Below are positions 45,598 through 54,919 of a stretch of DNA of 64,000 nucleotides, one piece after another. The notes below the pieces were generated by a model, which made no database searches, was not told where the DNA came from, and saw only the letters and a program-made list of their open reading frames with translations. Both the position numbers and the translations under genes were made by a program. The stretch lies in NCBI GenBank assembly GCA_965217775.1, contig CBDCJH010000002.1:5664001-5728000 (forward strand). The letters are read 5' to 3'. The first letter of the stretch is position 1. Each line of letters opens with the position of its first letter. This DNA comes from Acidobacteriota bacterium. Lineage in GTDB: Bacteria > Acidobacteriota > UBA6911 > RPQK01 > JAJDTT01.

Positions 45598-48038
45598 CTT
45601 CGCACCAGCTCCAGCAGGAACTTCTGGGCGTCCCGGTAACCGGGGGCGATCTCCAGGGCCAGCAGCACCTGGCGGCGGGCTTGAGCCGTATCGCCGGCCA
45701 GGTCCAGCGCGCGCGCCAACTGGTAGTGGGCGTCCGCCGTGTCCAGCGGCGACAACTCCAGCAGCACCCGGTATTCCTCCGCCGCTTCCGTTCCCCTTCC
45801 CAGTTGCAGGTAAAGACGACCCAGCAGCCGGTGAGCCTCGGGGTTCAGAGTATCGGCATAGAGGACCTCTTCCAACCCGCGGACCGCCGGTTCCACCTGA
45901 TTTTCCGCAGCCAGCAGCCGCGCCAGATCGAGGCCGTTTTCCGCCAGTTGCGGAGCCGCCCCGAACCACTGGTCCAGGATCCGGATCAGCTTGGCGGTGT
46001 CGCCGCTCCTCCGGTGAATTCGGGCCAGCAGAGAGTAGGGGCTCTCCGCAGTGGCGAAGTCGGGAAAGGTTGCTATCGCCCGTTCCAGAAAGGGCACGGC
46101 CTCGTCACTCCTTCCGGCCTCGTCCAGAGTCTCGCCCAGGGCCAGGTTCAGGAAGTAATTCTCCTTGTCCTGGCTCGCCGCCTCCAGCAGAGATTTCAGA
46201 TATTCGTCGCGAGACTGGCTCTTGCCCCGCCCCCTCAGGACCGCCGGAGGCTCCAGCCGGGGAATAAGCGGTTTCAGGGTTCGGTCCAGCTCTTTCAGAA
46301 AATCCCCGTCGAAGTCGGCTGGAGAGATCCCCAACGCATCCTGGAAGGACTCTTCCAGGTCGAGCCCACGCGAAAAGCTCTCCACCAGCGCCCGCACTTT
46401 TTCGGTCCCGTGGCGGTCCTCCAGATACCGGGCCACCAATCCGGCCTGAAGATAGCTGATCTGCAGGTGCTCGCGAGTCCGGGGACTCTCGAATCCCTTG
46501 TTGAGATCTTTCAGGGGGGCGATCTCTCCCCGTTCGTAGGCTCTCACCAGGGAAGGGCTCAGGCCATCGCCCCAGCCGGGTCCCGCGAGGCGCTCCTCCA
46601 TCATGGAGATCCCTTCGGTGAGCCAACGGGGCACCCGGTCCCGGCTCAGCGAGAGGATGACGACGTGGGCCATCTCGTGCCACAGCGTCGATCCCCAGTG
46701 ATAGGTTCCCTTGGGGCGCGCCGAGGGGGAGTCCATGGCCAGGATGCGGCCGAACGTGGCTCCGAAAGCGCCCAGTCCCGGAAGGCCCAGCGCGCGCACG
46801 GCGAAGTCTTCGTGGTCCGGATAGAACTCGACCAGGAACTTGTGGCCGACCCGGTGCCGGTACTTCTCCTCCAGGAACGAAATGCTCCGGTCCAGAAGCC
46901 GCCTCACGTAGGGCTCCAGGGCTCCGGCCTCCTTCCCGTGCAGCCGGAGCCAATACCGGGGCGTCTCGCGGCGGACGAACCGGTCGAAGCTGTCCACCAG
47001 GCGTAGCGTGTTGACGGTGGAGACGTTGTAGGGGTCGTTTTCGTAGGCCCGCTCCAGGACCTCTTTGCCCTCCTCCTCCCGGGCCATTCTCAACAGGTTG
47101 ACCCCCAGGGAGGCGAGAGCCGGCCATTCTCTGGGATTTCTCCGCACGGCCTCCCGGTAGTAGCCGATGGCTTCGTCCATGCGGCGCCGGAGGGCGGCGA
47201 AATCTCCCATGATCCGGTACAGGTTCCCGTTGCGGGGATTGATCTCCAGGAGTTTCTCAAGGCGTTCCTCGAAACGCTCCTTCTTCTCCTGGAAATGGAG
47301 CAGGACGCATTCGAGCTCCAGCAGGGGGACGTAGTCGGGGTTCCCATCGAGTCCCCTTTCGATCCAGTCATGGGCTTCCTTCCAATCGCCGGCCTCCATG
47401 GCCAGCAACCCCTTGAGAACGTGTCCGTCCAAGTTCCCCGGGTTCTCCTTGAGGGCGTGGGCCAAGGCCACGTCCACCCCGGTCATCTGCTGGGCCTTGA
47501 GGGCGCGCGCCACCCCAAGTCGAGCGTCGTCGGTTCCCCAGCGGGACCACCCGTCCGGCGGAGAGGCCTTGAGCCCGTCCCGGAAAATGGACTCGGCCTC
47601 GGCGCCGTTGTGTTTCTTCAGGTACAGGTTGCCCCAGTCCACGAACACCCAGAGGGGCGCCTCGGAGCCCCGTGTCGCTTCCAGGTAGATTTGGTTGGCC
47701 CGCTTCCATTGCTCCAATTGCCGGGCCGCGTAGGCGGCCTCCGCGATCTCCCCCGGGGATCGAAGAGCGCCCAAATCGTAGAGATCGAGCAGGCGTCCGG
47801 CGAGGCGCCGCACACCCTCTTCGTCTCCGCCGCGCTCCGCGAGCTCCAGCCGGAGCCGCAAGACGTGGGGGTTCCGGTGTCCGGCGGTCGAGAGCCGCTC
47901 CAGCGCGGCCGGGTACGATCCCGCCGCCATCAGCTCCAGGACCTCGTCCAGCGGGGCGGGCGACTCCTGCCGGAAACCGGCCGCCGCCAGCAGTCCTAGC
48001 AGGAGAAGGACTCGAGATCGGCCGAAAAATCCGGTCAA
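45594..48038 (-). CDS. TPR protein with HExxH (MA-clan) metallopeptidase domain
   Basis: Many TPRs flanking FYPDHEDFAVR, LWHEMAH and PRWLTEG. Confidence 0.85.
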   Translation of the reverse strand: MTGFFGRSRVLLLLGLLAAAGFRQESPAPLDEVLELMAAGSYPAALERLSTAGHRNPHVLRLRLELAERGGDEEGVRRLAGRLLDLYDLGALRSPGEIAEAAYAARQLEQWKRANQIYLEATRGSEAPLWVFVDWGNLYLKKHNGAEAESIFRDGLKASPPDGWSRWGTDDARLGVARALKAQQMTGVDVALAHALKENPGNLDGHVLKGLLAMEAGDWKEAHDWIERGLDGNPDYVPLLELECVLLHFQEKKERFEERLEKLLEINPRNGNLYRIMGDFAALRRRMDEAIGYYREAVRRNPREWPALASLGVNLLRMAREEEGKEVLERAYENDPYNVSTVNTLRLVDSFDRFVRRETPRYWLRLHGKEAGALEPYVRRLLDRSISFLEEKYRHRVGHKFLVEFYPDHEDFAVRALGLPGLGAFGATFGRILAMDSPSARPKGTYHWGSTLWHEMAHVVILSLSRDRVPRWLTEGISMMEERLAGPGWGDGLSPSLVRAYERGEIAPLKDLNKGFESPRTREHLQISYLQAGLVARYLEDRHGTEKVRALVESFSRGLDLEESFQDALGISPADFDGDFLKELDRTLKPLIPRLEPPAVLRGRGKSQSRDEYLKSLLEAASQDKENYFLNLALGETLDEAGRSDEAVPFLERAIATFPDFATAESPYSLLARIHRRSGDTAKLIRILDQWFGAAPQLAENGLDLARLLAAENQVEPAVRGLEEVLYADTLNPEAHRLLGRLYLQLGRGTEAAEEYRVLLELSPLDTADAHYQLARALDLAGDTAQARRQVLLALEIAPGYRDAQKFLLELVRR

Positions 48039-49084
48039 GGCTGGACCTCCTCTGCGGCGGCGCCTTCCGTCTCCTCCTCGCCGGCGGCCAGCTCCACCAT
48101 CAACGCTTCGAGTCTCCGGTAGTATTCCTCCTCCGTAAACTCTCCCTTTCGCAGCTTGAGTTCGTCGATCTGCTGCTGGATCCGGGTCCGGGTCTCGGCC
48201 CGGCTCTGTCCCTCCGGAAGCGAAGCCGGCCCGCTCGCCGGGTCCAGGTAGCAGACGGCCGCCAGCAATCCGGTTCCCTGCCGGACCTCTGCCCGCGAAT
48301 CGTCGTCCCCCTTGGCCAGTTGAAACCGGGCGGAGTCGTCCAGGATGGCGTGTTCGGTCTGGATCCGGCCCGCTTCCTCGAACCAGTCGCTCACCTTTCG
48401 GCGACTGTACAGAAAGGCCTCCAACAGTGACACGCGGTCGTTCTTGTCCCGGTCGGCTTCTTGCGCTGCCGGGGCTTCGGCGAAGAAACGGGGGAACAGG
48501 GGAGGTTGCCGCTCACGCTCCCGGGTCGCGGCCACCACCACCCGATTGGGGCCTCTCAGAGCCGGGACCAGGGCGCCGGCCGAGCTGGTCCCCGCGACGA
48601 CCACGGCTCTGGGGCCGTCCAGTCCCTCCAAGAGCCGTGCCAGGTCCTGGTCCGTGAGGTCGGGACCCTTGATGTTGAACTTGTACCGCCGGCCGTCGTA
48701 GTTGCCGTGTCCGACCAGGATCAGCCACCACTCGCCGCCGGCGGAGAGCTTGCCCACTTCCTCCCGGGCGGTCCGGAGGATCTCCTCCCGGGTCCGGACG
48801 TTCCCGTCGATCCGCAGCACCCGGGAAGTGCCGCCCTGAAACGCTTCCTCCAGACGAGTTGCCCAATCGGCGAAATTGGCCCCGTATTCCGGCATTCCGG
48901 CGAGTCCCGTGACGATGAGGCTGATGCGTTCGAGGCTCTCTCCCCGGGTTGGAGAGGAGCAGAGCATCATCGTCCAGAGCAAGGCCGCGAGTCTGAGGTT
49001 GAAGAGACTCCGGGACCGGAGCCGGACCGCGCCGCCTCCGGTAACGGGTCTCGGGAACGTCTTCCGTGGAGTTGATCTGGCCAC
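48035..49084 (-). CDS. Secreted hypothetical protein, caspase/C13-like fold suspected
   Basis: LILVGHG, GPDLT, TSSAG, DRDKNDRVSLLEAF; start uncertain. Confidence 0.6.
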   Translation of the reverse strand: MARSTPRKTFPRPVTGGGAVRLRSRSLFNLRLAALLWTMMLCSSPTRGESLERISLIVTGLAGMPEYGANFADWATRLEEAFQGGTSRVLRIDGNVRTREEILRTAREEVGKLSAGGEWWLILVGHGNYDGRRYKFNIKGPDLTDQDLARLLEGLDGPRAVVVAGTSSAGALVPALRGPNRVVVAATRERERQPPLFPRFFAEAPAAQEADRDKNDRVSLLEAFLYSRRKVSDWFEEAGRIQTEHAILDDSARFQLAKGDDDSRAEVRQGTGLLAAVCYLDPASGPASLPEGQSRAETRTRIQQQIDELKLRKGEFTEEEYYRRLEALMVELAAGEEETEGAAAEEVQP

Positions 49085-49090
49085 TGCTGC

Positions 49091-51382
49091 CTATATCCCC
49101 CCCAGACGCCGCCACATGACCCATTCCGTCATCAGCAGAGCCGCCAGCAGCAGGAAGTTTACCGGCATGTCCCACAACTCCAGAGTCTGGGGGACGGAGG
49201 CGTGGGATTCGACGTAGGAAACCTCCTCCGGGAGATTCCCGACGTCGTCCAGACTGTAATAGTGGCCTCCCGTCTCCTCGGCCAACCAGTTCAGAAACTC
49301 GACCTTGCGGATGGCGTCGTGGAACTCCCGGAGGCCGGATTGCGCCAGGAAGTAGGCGTTCCCGGTCCCATAGGAGATCGCGTCCCCCCCCCGGACCCCC
49401 TCCGCCTCCAACCGGATCTGGTGAAGCCCTTCTTCCTCGGGACGGGTCACCCCTTCATAGATCCCGCCGTCCCGGGAACTCCAGTCCAACTCGATCGCGG
49501 TTTCGCGGCCCGCCGGAGAGACCAGGGTCGCCGCCAGGCGCGCCGACTGGACCGGGTTGAAGGAGGGATCGTAGACTTGGGCCCGAACCTTGACCTCTTC
49601 GCCGTGGGAGTAGATCTCCCGTTCCGTTTCCACTTCCACGGGGTCCTTGGCCGCGTTCACGAGCCAACGCAGGACCTGCTGCCAAAAGTTCTGGTGAGAC
49701 CGGTCCTCATGCTCCTGGAGCATCTGCCAGCGCCAACTGCTGCCGGTGAGGAAAGCCATGGCCAAGCCCCGCCCATAGCGCTGGAAGACCATCAGTGGGA
49801 CCTCCGTCCCATCCTGGGAATCCTGGAGCCGGGCCAGGACCGTGGCGCCCGGCTTGAGGCTCCCCACCCGATTCCAGTCCTTGAGATCGGGCATCTCTTC
49901 CCACTCCCGACGGTTCACCGTTTCGCCGGCGCCGAGTTGCAGGGCGGGATGCCTGAGCCCCTGGGGAGTCAACTGGACCCGGGCCGATCCCCGCCGGTAG
50001 AGGGTGTCGGACGGCGCCCGGTCACCGTCGGGCAACATCCATACCGGCAGCAACTCCTCGACCGGCGTGTTCTGGTATTCCCCTGCGGAAAAAGAGGAAC
50101 TGCCTCCCAGCATGAGGAAGCCGCCGCCCCTCTTGTCCACGAAATCCCGGAGCATCTCCATTTGAGGATAGGTGAAGAAGGAGGATTCCACGCTTCCCAC
50201 CACCAGGGCCCGATACGAGAACAACTCGTCCCGGGTCGAGGGAAAGCCGGCGGCCAGAGTGGTCTCCTCGTCGATACCCTGCCGATAGTATTTGTTGATG
50301 GCGGTTCGCAGGAGGCTCTCCAGACGAAGGTGGCGGTCATCGGAAACCGCGCTCCGAATGAACTTGTATTCCCAGCGGGGCCTCCCTTCCACATAGAGAA
50401 TGCGGTTCTCCAGATCCCGCACGTGAAGCACCGCCGACCGTTCATTGTTCTCCCGCAGGGCCTCGTCCTCGAGCGGCTCGACCCGGAAGCGGTAGATTCG
50501 AATCCCTCTGCTCCGAGGGGTCAGCGGGACCTCCACCAGGGCCGTCTGGGAAAACGGCAGCTTCACGTCCTGAGCCTGAATCAGCGAGTTTCCCTCCCAG
50601 ACCTCCAGTCGACTCTCGCGGCCCTGGTAGCCGTTGATCCTGAGCGTGACCCGGGCAATGGTTCGGGTCTCGGGAACCAGGACCCGGGGAAGGCTCACCT
50701 GGGCCAGCTCCAGGTCGGGCTCCAGCACCCGGGGCCCCACGCCCACGGTATGCACCGGTATTCTTCGCGCCTGGAGATCGGCCAGGACCTCTTTGAACCC
50801 GCCGAAGCCGTTGTCCGCACCGTCGCTGAAGAGAACGATGCCCCCCAGGGCCTCGTGACGGGTGCGGGTCAGTACGTCCCGGAGGGCCCCCGCGATATCG
50901 GTACGGCTCCCCCGCCAGTCCGGTCCCGCATCCTCCCTCAGCAGGCGGGACTCGGCGTCGAATTCCATCCGGAGCAGCCGAAATCGATCATCGAGGCCTT
51001 GGCGCAACGGGCTGCCGGCCTCCAGCAGCGTCCGAACCGGTTCGCCTCGCGCCGTTTCTCCGTCAGCAATGCCCATGCTCAAGGAGTTGTCGACCAGAAG
51101 AGTCAACACGTTCTCCCGCGGCGCCAAGGTGGAGAGCACCAGGCTGGGCCGCATCAGCAGCACGATGATTCCCAGGAGAAACGCCGCTCTGGCGGCCGGC
51201 AGGATCCACCCTCGAGCGGTGGCCCGGCCCAGCCATCGCCGGTACGGCAGCCACGCGGCGAGGAGGACGGCGCAAACCAGGATCGCCAACAGCCACGACT
51301 CCAGGCGCCACTGCAGGAGGAACTCACCCTCCCTGAAGTGGAAAGGCCGGTATTTGAAGAGAAAGGTGAAGATCTGCTCCAT
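49091..51382 (-). CDS. Membrane vWA + class-I glutamine amidotransferase-like protein
   Basis: LVDNSLSM; LFSDG; ILYVEGRPRWEYKF; GGGFLMLGG; SWRW; C-terminal TM ending EWVMWRRLG. Confidence 0.82.
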   Translation of the reverse strand: MEQIFTFLFKYRPFHFREGEFLLQWRLESWLLAILVCAVLLAAWLPYRRWLGRATARGWILPAARAAFLLGIIVLLMRPSLVLSTLAPRENVLTLLVDNSLSMGIADGETARGEPVRTLLEAGSPLRQGLDDRFRLLRMEFDAESRLLREDAGPDWRGSRTDIAGALRDVLTRTRHEALGGIVLFSDGADNGFGGFKEVLADLQARRIPVHTVGVGPRVLEPDLELAQVSLPRVLVPETRTIARVTLRINGYQGRESRLEVWEGNSLIQAQDVKLPFSQTALVEVPLTPRSRGIRIYRFRVEPLEDEALRENNERSAVLHVRDLENRILYVEGRPRWEYKFIRSAVSDDRHLRLESLLRTAINKYYRQGIDEETTLAAGFPSTRDELFSYRALVVGSVESSFFTYPQMEMLRDFVDKRGGGFLMLGGSSSFSAGEYQNTPVEELLPVWMLPDGDRAPSDTLYRRGSARVQLTPQGLRHPALQLGAGETVNRREWEEMPDLKDWNRVGSLKPGATVLARLQDSQDGTEVPLMVFQRYGRGLAMAFLTGSSWRWQMLQEHEDRSHQNFWQQVLRWLVNAAKDPVEVETEREIYSHGEEVKVRAQVYDPSFNPVQSARLAATLVSPAGRETAIELDWSSRDGGIYEGVTRPEEEGLHQIRLEAEGVRGGDAISYGTGNAYFLAQSGLREFHDAIRKVEFLNWLAEETGGHYYSLDDVGNLPEEVSYVESHASVPQTLELWDMPVNFLLLAALLMTEWVMWRRLGGI

Positions 51383-51641
51383 GGGGGCCGCGGCCCGCCT
51401 CCTCCGGCGGATGCAATCCAAGACGGATTTCGATTGCTCCCGCCCAGTCTACTACGCCGGCCTTGCCGCCTAACACATTTTGACATTTGGCGAAAAGCTA
51501 ACCTAGAATGAGTACAGCCAATCCATCTGGGCGATGTCGGCAGGTCTTTAGGTTCGGCTCTTCCGGCTTCAGTCTTGGACGTTTCGTCCCGTTGGCGGCT
51601 TGGGCTGTCGCGATACTCACACCGCAGTCTCGGAGGCGCAA

Positions 51642-52157
51642 ATGGAATTCAAGGTTGGAGAGAAAGTTGTCTATCCGAATCAGGGAGTCGGCGTCATCAA
51701 GAAGGTGTTCGAGACTCGGATCGCCGGGCAACTGGGGGAGTTCTACATGCTGAAGCTCACCTCCAACAATTCTACGGTGATGGTTCCCATCGGCAATGCT
51801 CTCCACGTCGGGCTGCGAAAGCTCTGCACGGAGGAGCAGTTGGACGAGCTGTTCGAGATCTTGAGCAACGAAACCGGCAAGCCGGAATCCGATTGGAAGA
51901 GCCGCTACAAGGAAAACGTCAACAAGATGAAGTCGGGTTCCATCTTCCAAGTGGCCGAGGTGCTCAAGAATCTCTACTGCCTCAACCAGCAGAAGACCCT
52001 CTCGTTCCGCGAAAAGAAGATGTTCGATCGAGCCCGCCAACTGGTGGTCTCGGAGATCGCGACGGTGCAGGACGAGCCGGATGAGGAGATCGCGGAGCAC
52101 GTGGAGAAGATGCTCTGCGCGGCCTGCGAAGAGGCCAATGCCAGCCTTCCCTCTTGA
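51642..52157 (+). CDS. carD: CarD/CdnL family transcription factor
   Basis: MEFKVGEKVVYPNQGVG; VMVP; GLRKL; WKSRY; LSFREKKM; GGAGG RBS. Confidence 0.92.
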   Translation: MEFKVGEKVVYPNQGVGVIKKVFETRIAGQLGEFYMLKLTSNNSTVMVPIGNALHVGLRKLCTEEQLDELFEILSNETGKPESDWKSRYKENVNKMKSGSIFQVAEVLKNLYCLNQQKTLSFREKKMFDRARQLVVSEIATVQDEPDEEIAEHVEKMLCAACEEANASLPS

Positions 52158-52384
52158 GGCCGTTCCGACAGCGGCGATTGTTTAGCCGTCCGGTCGCAGT
52201 TCGCTACTAATCCCACGCGTCCCTCTCGTGCCGGCCCGGCGGGGAGATCCTCTCCCGGGAGATCTTGCCCCCACAACTCCGAACAATCCAATCTGAAACA
52301 AGTGGATGAACGAGAAGATCCGCCGCCACCGCCCAGAACGCAACGGCGCCGAGAACGCAATGCCTTCTGCGCCTGAACCTGACG

Positions 52385-52759
52385 TCACTCGCCGGTTGCA
52401 CCGGCAGTTCGAAGAAGACCCATCGCGTAAGCAATGCTGATGACGGGAACCACCGAGAATACCAACACAAGTTCCCAGTCTCCCTTCACAGCGCCTGCGG
52501 CAATTCTCTGCGCAAGGGCCAAGTCGGCGATCACGATCACGAGAAGGAGTGCGGCGATGGCGAGGGTGGCTATCCTGGTGAGGCGGGGCGCCAGCACCAG
52601 CAGAAGGACTCCCGCAGCGCCAAGGGGATGAAGGAGCACCACCAGCAGCCGTTCCCAGACCCCTCCACCGTTCGCGAACGCTCCAACCAAGGCCGTAAAT
52701 CCCGCAAACAGCGCGTGGATCACAGCCAGAATCAACAGCAGAATCCTGAAAATAGACAT
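52385..52759 (-). CDS. Small 4-TM hypothetical membrane protein
   Basis: 124-aa ORF with four hydrophobic segments. Confidence 0.65.
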   Translation of the reverse strand: MSIFRILLLILAVIHALFAGFTALVGAFANGGGVWERLLVVLLHPLGAAGVLLLVLAPRLTRIATLAIAALLLVIVIADLALAQRIAAGAVKGDWELVLVFSVVPVISIAYAMGLLRTAGATGE

Positions 52760-53438
52760 GCTGGCTCAGGTATGACCGAGAACCTGAGTAACGTCAAGAA
52801 CACCATTGTCGAGCGCGGCGGATCAGACTAGCCGTACTCAAACTCGAAGGGTACACGACGCGAAAACTACAGTTGTAATTCCCCCTTGGCGCGGAGCGAC
52901 CGCCAGGACGCTTCTCCTCTCTCAGAGGTCCGCCAACTCCTCTCTTCCTGTGGCGATCAGGTTACCGGACGGGGCACGGTAACGTACTTTACCGACAATC
53001 ATTCGAGGCCTCCGACGATCTGGCGCGCAGCCGTAGAAGGCCCTTAGCGCTTCCGGGGCTGGTGCTCCAGCACCAGGATCCGAGCCGTTTCCCTGCTCCC
53101 GGACCGAATGGGGCCGATCCCGAGAAAAAAGACGCCCTCAGAGGTCCTGTGTTGGCTTGGCGAGGGCGGCCGAAGAGTTTAAGCATAGGCCCCTGGGCGA
53201 TGTCCGGGCTCCGGTAGCGCCTCGCGGCGGAGCGGGGATTTCTCCAGCCGCGCGCAGGCTGTTTTGTGGAGTCTGCGATACGGGCAAGGGATAGACTGAG
53301 GACAGGAGACCTAATGCAAGACCATCATCGTCTCCATCGGTTGGAGGACCTGTTTGAAGGCTTGTGGGAGGCCATCACTCGCCGAAACGTGGCCCGAGCG
53401 CCGTCTTGCTTACTAATGTGCCCTGACATGCTTTTCTT

Positions 53439-53996
53439 ATGGGCGTTCTGATCAGACTGTTTTTGTTGTCAATTTCCCTGATCGTCCTTCTCGTCTCCTG
53501 CGGTGACCACGAGGGATTGAAACCCCGGGAGGAGCCCCGCAGCCCGGCTCAGACTCTTTTCGAAAACGGGATGAAGTTGCTAGGCAAGAAGCACTTCATC
53601 GAATCGCGGCGGACCTTTCAGACGCTCATCACCACCTATCCCGATAGCGAATACACTCCCGCCTCATTCCTCTCCATCGCCGACTCCTACTATGAGGAGG
53701 GAGGCAAGGAGAACCTGCTCCAAGCGAAGATTCAGTACAAGGACTTTTTCATCTTCTACCCCGACCATGAAAGAGCAGAATATGCCCAGTTGCGGCTCGC
53801 CGCAGTCTATTATCGGCTCGCAGAGGCCTACGATTGGGACCCCATGTACACTCGGAAGGCGGAGATTGAATTGGGGAAGTTCCTGGAAAACTCTCCTGAC
53901 AGCGAGTTAGTACCGAAGGCGGAAGAGTTGCTCCGGGAGGTGCGGGAGAAGCTCTCCAAGTGTCCAAGTCCGCAAGAAGAGACACATGCCAACTAA
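53439..53996 (+). CDS. Short BamD-like TPR lipoprotein
   Basis: Lipobox LVSC; FQTLITTYPDSEY; LSIADSYY; YKDFFIFYP; AEYAQL; only 185 aa. Confidence 0.75.
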   Translation: MGVLIRLFLLSISLIVLLVSCGDHEGLKPREEPRSPAQTLFENGMKLLGKKHFIESRRTFQTLITTYPDSEYTPASFLSIADSYYEEGGKENLLQAKIQYKDFFIFYPDHERAEYAQLRLAAVYYRLAEAYDWDPMYTRKAEIELGKFLENSPDSELVPKAEELLREVREKLSKCPSPQEETHAN

Positions 53997-54145
53997 AAAT
54001 CCCTGAAAAGAGAGCGCCCAACCCCGCGCCCCCTGGCCTCGCGGAATCCCTCGGCTTCGACGACCCTGAGCCCATAGACGCGTAGAGGCGGAACCGGCGC
54101 GACGATTGGTGGCGCCGAGGTAAGGCGGTAGACGCGTCCCGTAGC

Positions 54146-54385
54146 TTGGTGTTCTTGCTGTTGTTCGGCGCGACGAGTGCATCGGTTCACACCCAGGACC
54201 GCTGGAGCGTCGCGGTCGAGAAGATCGTGCGCCTGGCACCCGCAGCATTCGAGAATGTTCCGCCGGCCATCAGGAAGGCACTTTCCGACCAGGGCTGCTC
54301 GATCCCTCAGACTCATACCTTTTGGAGGAGCATCGACCGGCCTCACAACGTCGTCTCAGGCGCAAGAACCAAGCAGAGAAGGTGA
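54146..54385 (+). pseudogene. N-terminal fragment of a secreted hypothetical protein
   Basis: Signal-like start, then IVRLAPAAF...GCSIPQ...PHNVVSG, ending at the GAGAAGG-TGACTGTCC-CCTTCTC hairpin. Confidence 0.4.
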
Positions 54386-54919
54386 CTGTCCCCTTCTCAT
54401 CCCGAGGCGGATTGGAACGGACGGCACAGTCGGCGGCGCGGAACAGCGCGGCTTCCCGCTCCCAGCGACCGGTAGGGGGGCGGAAGGGCGTGTCCCGATC
54501 ATTCCCTGGAGCCATCACTGTGCCAAGCAGCGAGGTTGGACTGCTCCCTTCTGATCCACCCCAACAATTCAGATCTCATCTCGAGCCCTGCCGAGCGACT
54601 TCCGATTGGCTGCTTCCGCTGATCGCTCGACTACATCGAAGATCGCCTCCCATACTTTGGCCAACTCGGGAAACGTAGCTTGAGCCTCGGAGGGGGTTGA
54701 GAATGTATTCAATGCACGAAAGAACGCCTTCTGGATCTTGAGCTTGGCTTCTACTTCACCTTGGTAGGCATCTCTCTTCGCCCCGCAGATATTCAGGATG
54801 ACGTGTAAAGAATAAACAGCGAAGCTTCGAGACCGGGGTCTCTTCCTTACACACTCGCCCACCAAGTTGACGAGTCGTCAACAGTGCGGCCTACGAGCCA
54901 GAACTCCTGCTCCGTGCTG

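Noticed and set aside
52160-54915. Integron cassette array
   Set aside because: Genes are in mixed orientation, no intI, and no paired RYYYAAC/GTTRRRY attC sites could be confirmed
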